From Podarcis melisellensis (lineage: Eukaryota): a DNA stretch of 64,000 nt. The notes beneath the pieces were generated by a model. That model searched no databases, was not told where the DNA came from, and saw only the letters and a program-made list of their open reading frames with translations. The position numbers and the translations under genes are program-made. Shown in pieces: positions 62,701 through 64,000 of the stretch. The stretch lies in NCBI GenBank assembly GCA_964234715.1, contig OZ174282.1, one strand, 5' to 3'. Numbering within the stretch: the stretch's first letter is position 1; each line of letters starts with the position of its first letter.

Positions 62701-64000
62701 TTTGGGCAGCCACATCCTGCTGGCAAGCACCTTGGTAGCTGAGACAGGGCATCTTGCCAAAACCTTTCCGTGTCTTATCTCTACAAGTTTGGTTTGCAAA
62801 GGCACACCAATCCATACATGTAACTGAACAGAGGACCACTCAAAGAACTACAGTGACAGGAAAGCGTCCTCTTTGAGCTCATAATATGAGTGAGACTTCA
62901 TCATCATGAAATCTACTGAAATATTCCATGCTGCTTCTGTTCCCTTGGCATTGGATCTGTGATTATGAAATTAATACATTTTCCCTCCATTTTGTGTATT
63001 TATTTAATCAGTGTCTACTTTTTTCAACAGCTGACTTATCTCAGGTATGGCCAGAGGCAAATCAGCACTTTAGCAAAGAGATTGATGATGAAGCCAACAG
63101 CTATTTTCAGCGTATTTATAATCACCCACCGCATCCAACTATGTCTGTAGACGAGGTGAGCTGTGGGTAGTAATGGCATCTCTCTCAACTTGCCCTTCTT
63201 CCTTACTGTAGACTTTCTTTTCAGTCTTATGGAAAAATTGAGAAAGTAGGTACTTGCAACATTGCTTTTTGTTTGGTTGCAGTTTAAGGGAAATTTAAAT
63301 TGTAAAATTCCAAAATGTATGTCCATACAGTTGCAGACAACTTTTGTGCAAGTGAAATTGGATGTTTAAAGTTGGGTCCAGTGGAAAGATACTATTCTGA
63401 AAGTTTTGTCTGCTTGTTATATGTCACAGTGGGGAAAAGTTATACTTCACTTTAATTTGATTTGTGCCTCTGTTGGGTGAACACTTCTCCTGAGGGGAGG
63501 GGGTTGTTCCTAAATCAACAAAGTGCTACTTAGCAAAGAAAGCGGCAGTTGCTGAGCCTTAAATGTCTGGGTGACCCAGTACACTAAATTGGATCAAATT
63601 AGAGTTTCCCCTTTTAGAATGCGTTTTTGACCACATTATAGGCAATATTAGGACACACTATTTAATGTTTTGTGCTTACGGTGTTACAATCATCAGAATA
63701 TAAACATGCAAAACCTAGCATAATGACATAAACTTCAATGAATGGGGCCAGCTGCATGTAGCAAGTATTATTTGTTCTTAGTGTTCTGATTCAAGCATGT
63801 TAACTGGAGAAACCCTTTTGGCAAATAAGCAGAATAGAAATAAATAATACATGTGAGATTTTCCCTAGCAAAATTTTTCTGGTTTTCTCAGCGAACTTTA
63901 CTTTGTGTAGGTGCTCCAAGCTAAGCATAATAAATTGAGTCTCTTCATAACATTCTGATTTCTTTACAGGTGTTAGAAATGCTACAGAGGTTTAAGGACT
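44750..64000 (+). CDS. CNOT1: CCR4-NOT transcription complex subunit 1, coding exons 3-21 (partial: start codon in gap, 3' part beyond the window)
   Basis: Exons 44750-44857, 46160-46258, 46701-46769, 48069-48123, 49158-49361 (GC donor), 50252-50420, 50825-50951, 52032-52142, 53401-53571, 54205-54332, 54905-55145, 56183-56302, 57594-57716, 57945-58096, 58819-58969, 59792-59996, 60271/60274-60399/60414, 63031-63155, 63970->64000. Peptides [47 protein letters not shown] and [20 protein letters not shown] are CNOT1. Confidence 0.97.
46960..47800 (-). mobile_element. Degraded CR1 LINE fragments (antisense)
   Basis: GCATAATTTTATAGACCTCTATCATGTCC..., TTTTTGAGGTGTGGTGAACAGAATT... and an [13 protein letters not shown]-like RT remnant on the minus strand. 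Confidence 0.6.
49131..49153. repeat. (CT)n microsatellite forming the polypyrimidine tract of the CNOT1 exon 7 acceptor
   Basis: TTCTCTCT...CTC directly followed by AAAG|CT. Confidence 0.9.
51230..51670 (+). mobile_element. Degraded L2 LINE fragment
   Basis: TTGGATTGCTGCAGTGTGCCC...GGAAGTTGCTGCTGGTGCAGAATGC resembles the L2 LDYCN...KLQLVQNA motif. Confidence 0.55.
53636..53893 (-). mobile_element. 5'-truncated Sauria SINE (antisense)
   Basis: Reverse complement of the 41870-42140 body (GCTTTCGAACTGCTAGGTTGGCAGGAGCAGGGACCGAGCAACGGGAGCT). Confidence 0.88.
59097..59232 (+). ncRNA. SNORA50: H/ACA box snoRNA SNORA50 (ACA50) in CNOT1 intron 17
   Basis: Hairpin-hinge-hairpin-ACA layout with stem AGCACCA/TGGTGCT and ACA at 59227-59229. 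Pockets TCTTTGA/CAAGCA and ATAACT/TTTAA are complementary to 18S rRNA UGCUUG-UC-UCAAAGA and UUAAA-UC-AGUUAU. SNORA50A is a known CNOT1-intronic snoRNA in human. Confidence 0.9.
62605..62869. mobile_element. Inverted-repeat element resembling a non-autonomous DIRS-type (ITR) remnant or MITE
   Basis: CTGTAACTGTAGCTCTTTGAGTGGTCATCTGTGCAGTCAC (62615-62654) pairs with GTAACTGAACAGAGGACCACTCAAAGAACTACAGTGACAG (62820-62859). Confidence 0.55.

Noticed and set aside
60415-63969. SNORA46, the other CNOT1-hosted snoRNA
   Set aside because: No convincing H/ACA structure is seen here. It is expected in a later intron beyond the window.

Overview
Vertebrate nuclear DNA, most likely a squamate reptile (Sauria-type SINEs; probably a lacertid lizard). 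It covers the conserved GOT2-SLC38A7-CNOT1 synteny block, and all four genes are on the + strand. In order: (1) the last three coding exons and 3' UTR of GOT2; (2) a complete SLC38A7 with a CpG-island promoter, 10 coding exons and 459 aa; (3) an extra, apparently intact 11-coding-exon cathepsin A-like serine carboxypeptidase (S10 family, 456 aa) between SLC38A7 and CNOT1, where human has no such gene to my knowledge; (4) the 5' part of CNOT1, with a CpG-island promoter and exons 1-21. The CNOT1 start codon falls in a 204-N gap, and intron 17 hosts the H/ACA snoRNA SNORA50. Introns carry hAT and Tc1/mariner-type MITEs, Sauria SINEs, CR1/L2 fragments and microsatellites. The best leads are the CTSA paralog, a candidate 18-nt poison microexon in CNOT1 intron 19, a strong-Kozak uORF in the CNOT1 leader, tandem splice sites and a GC-AG intron in CNOT1, alternative acceptors controlling uORFs in SLC38A7, MITE-derived CTCF/ZNF143-like sites, and a ~350-bp segment shared by a CTSA-like intron and a CNOT1 intron. 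Exon boundaries were read by hand. Comparisons to human proteins and RNAs are from memory, not from a search.
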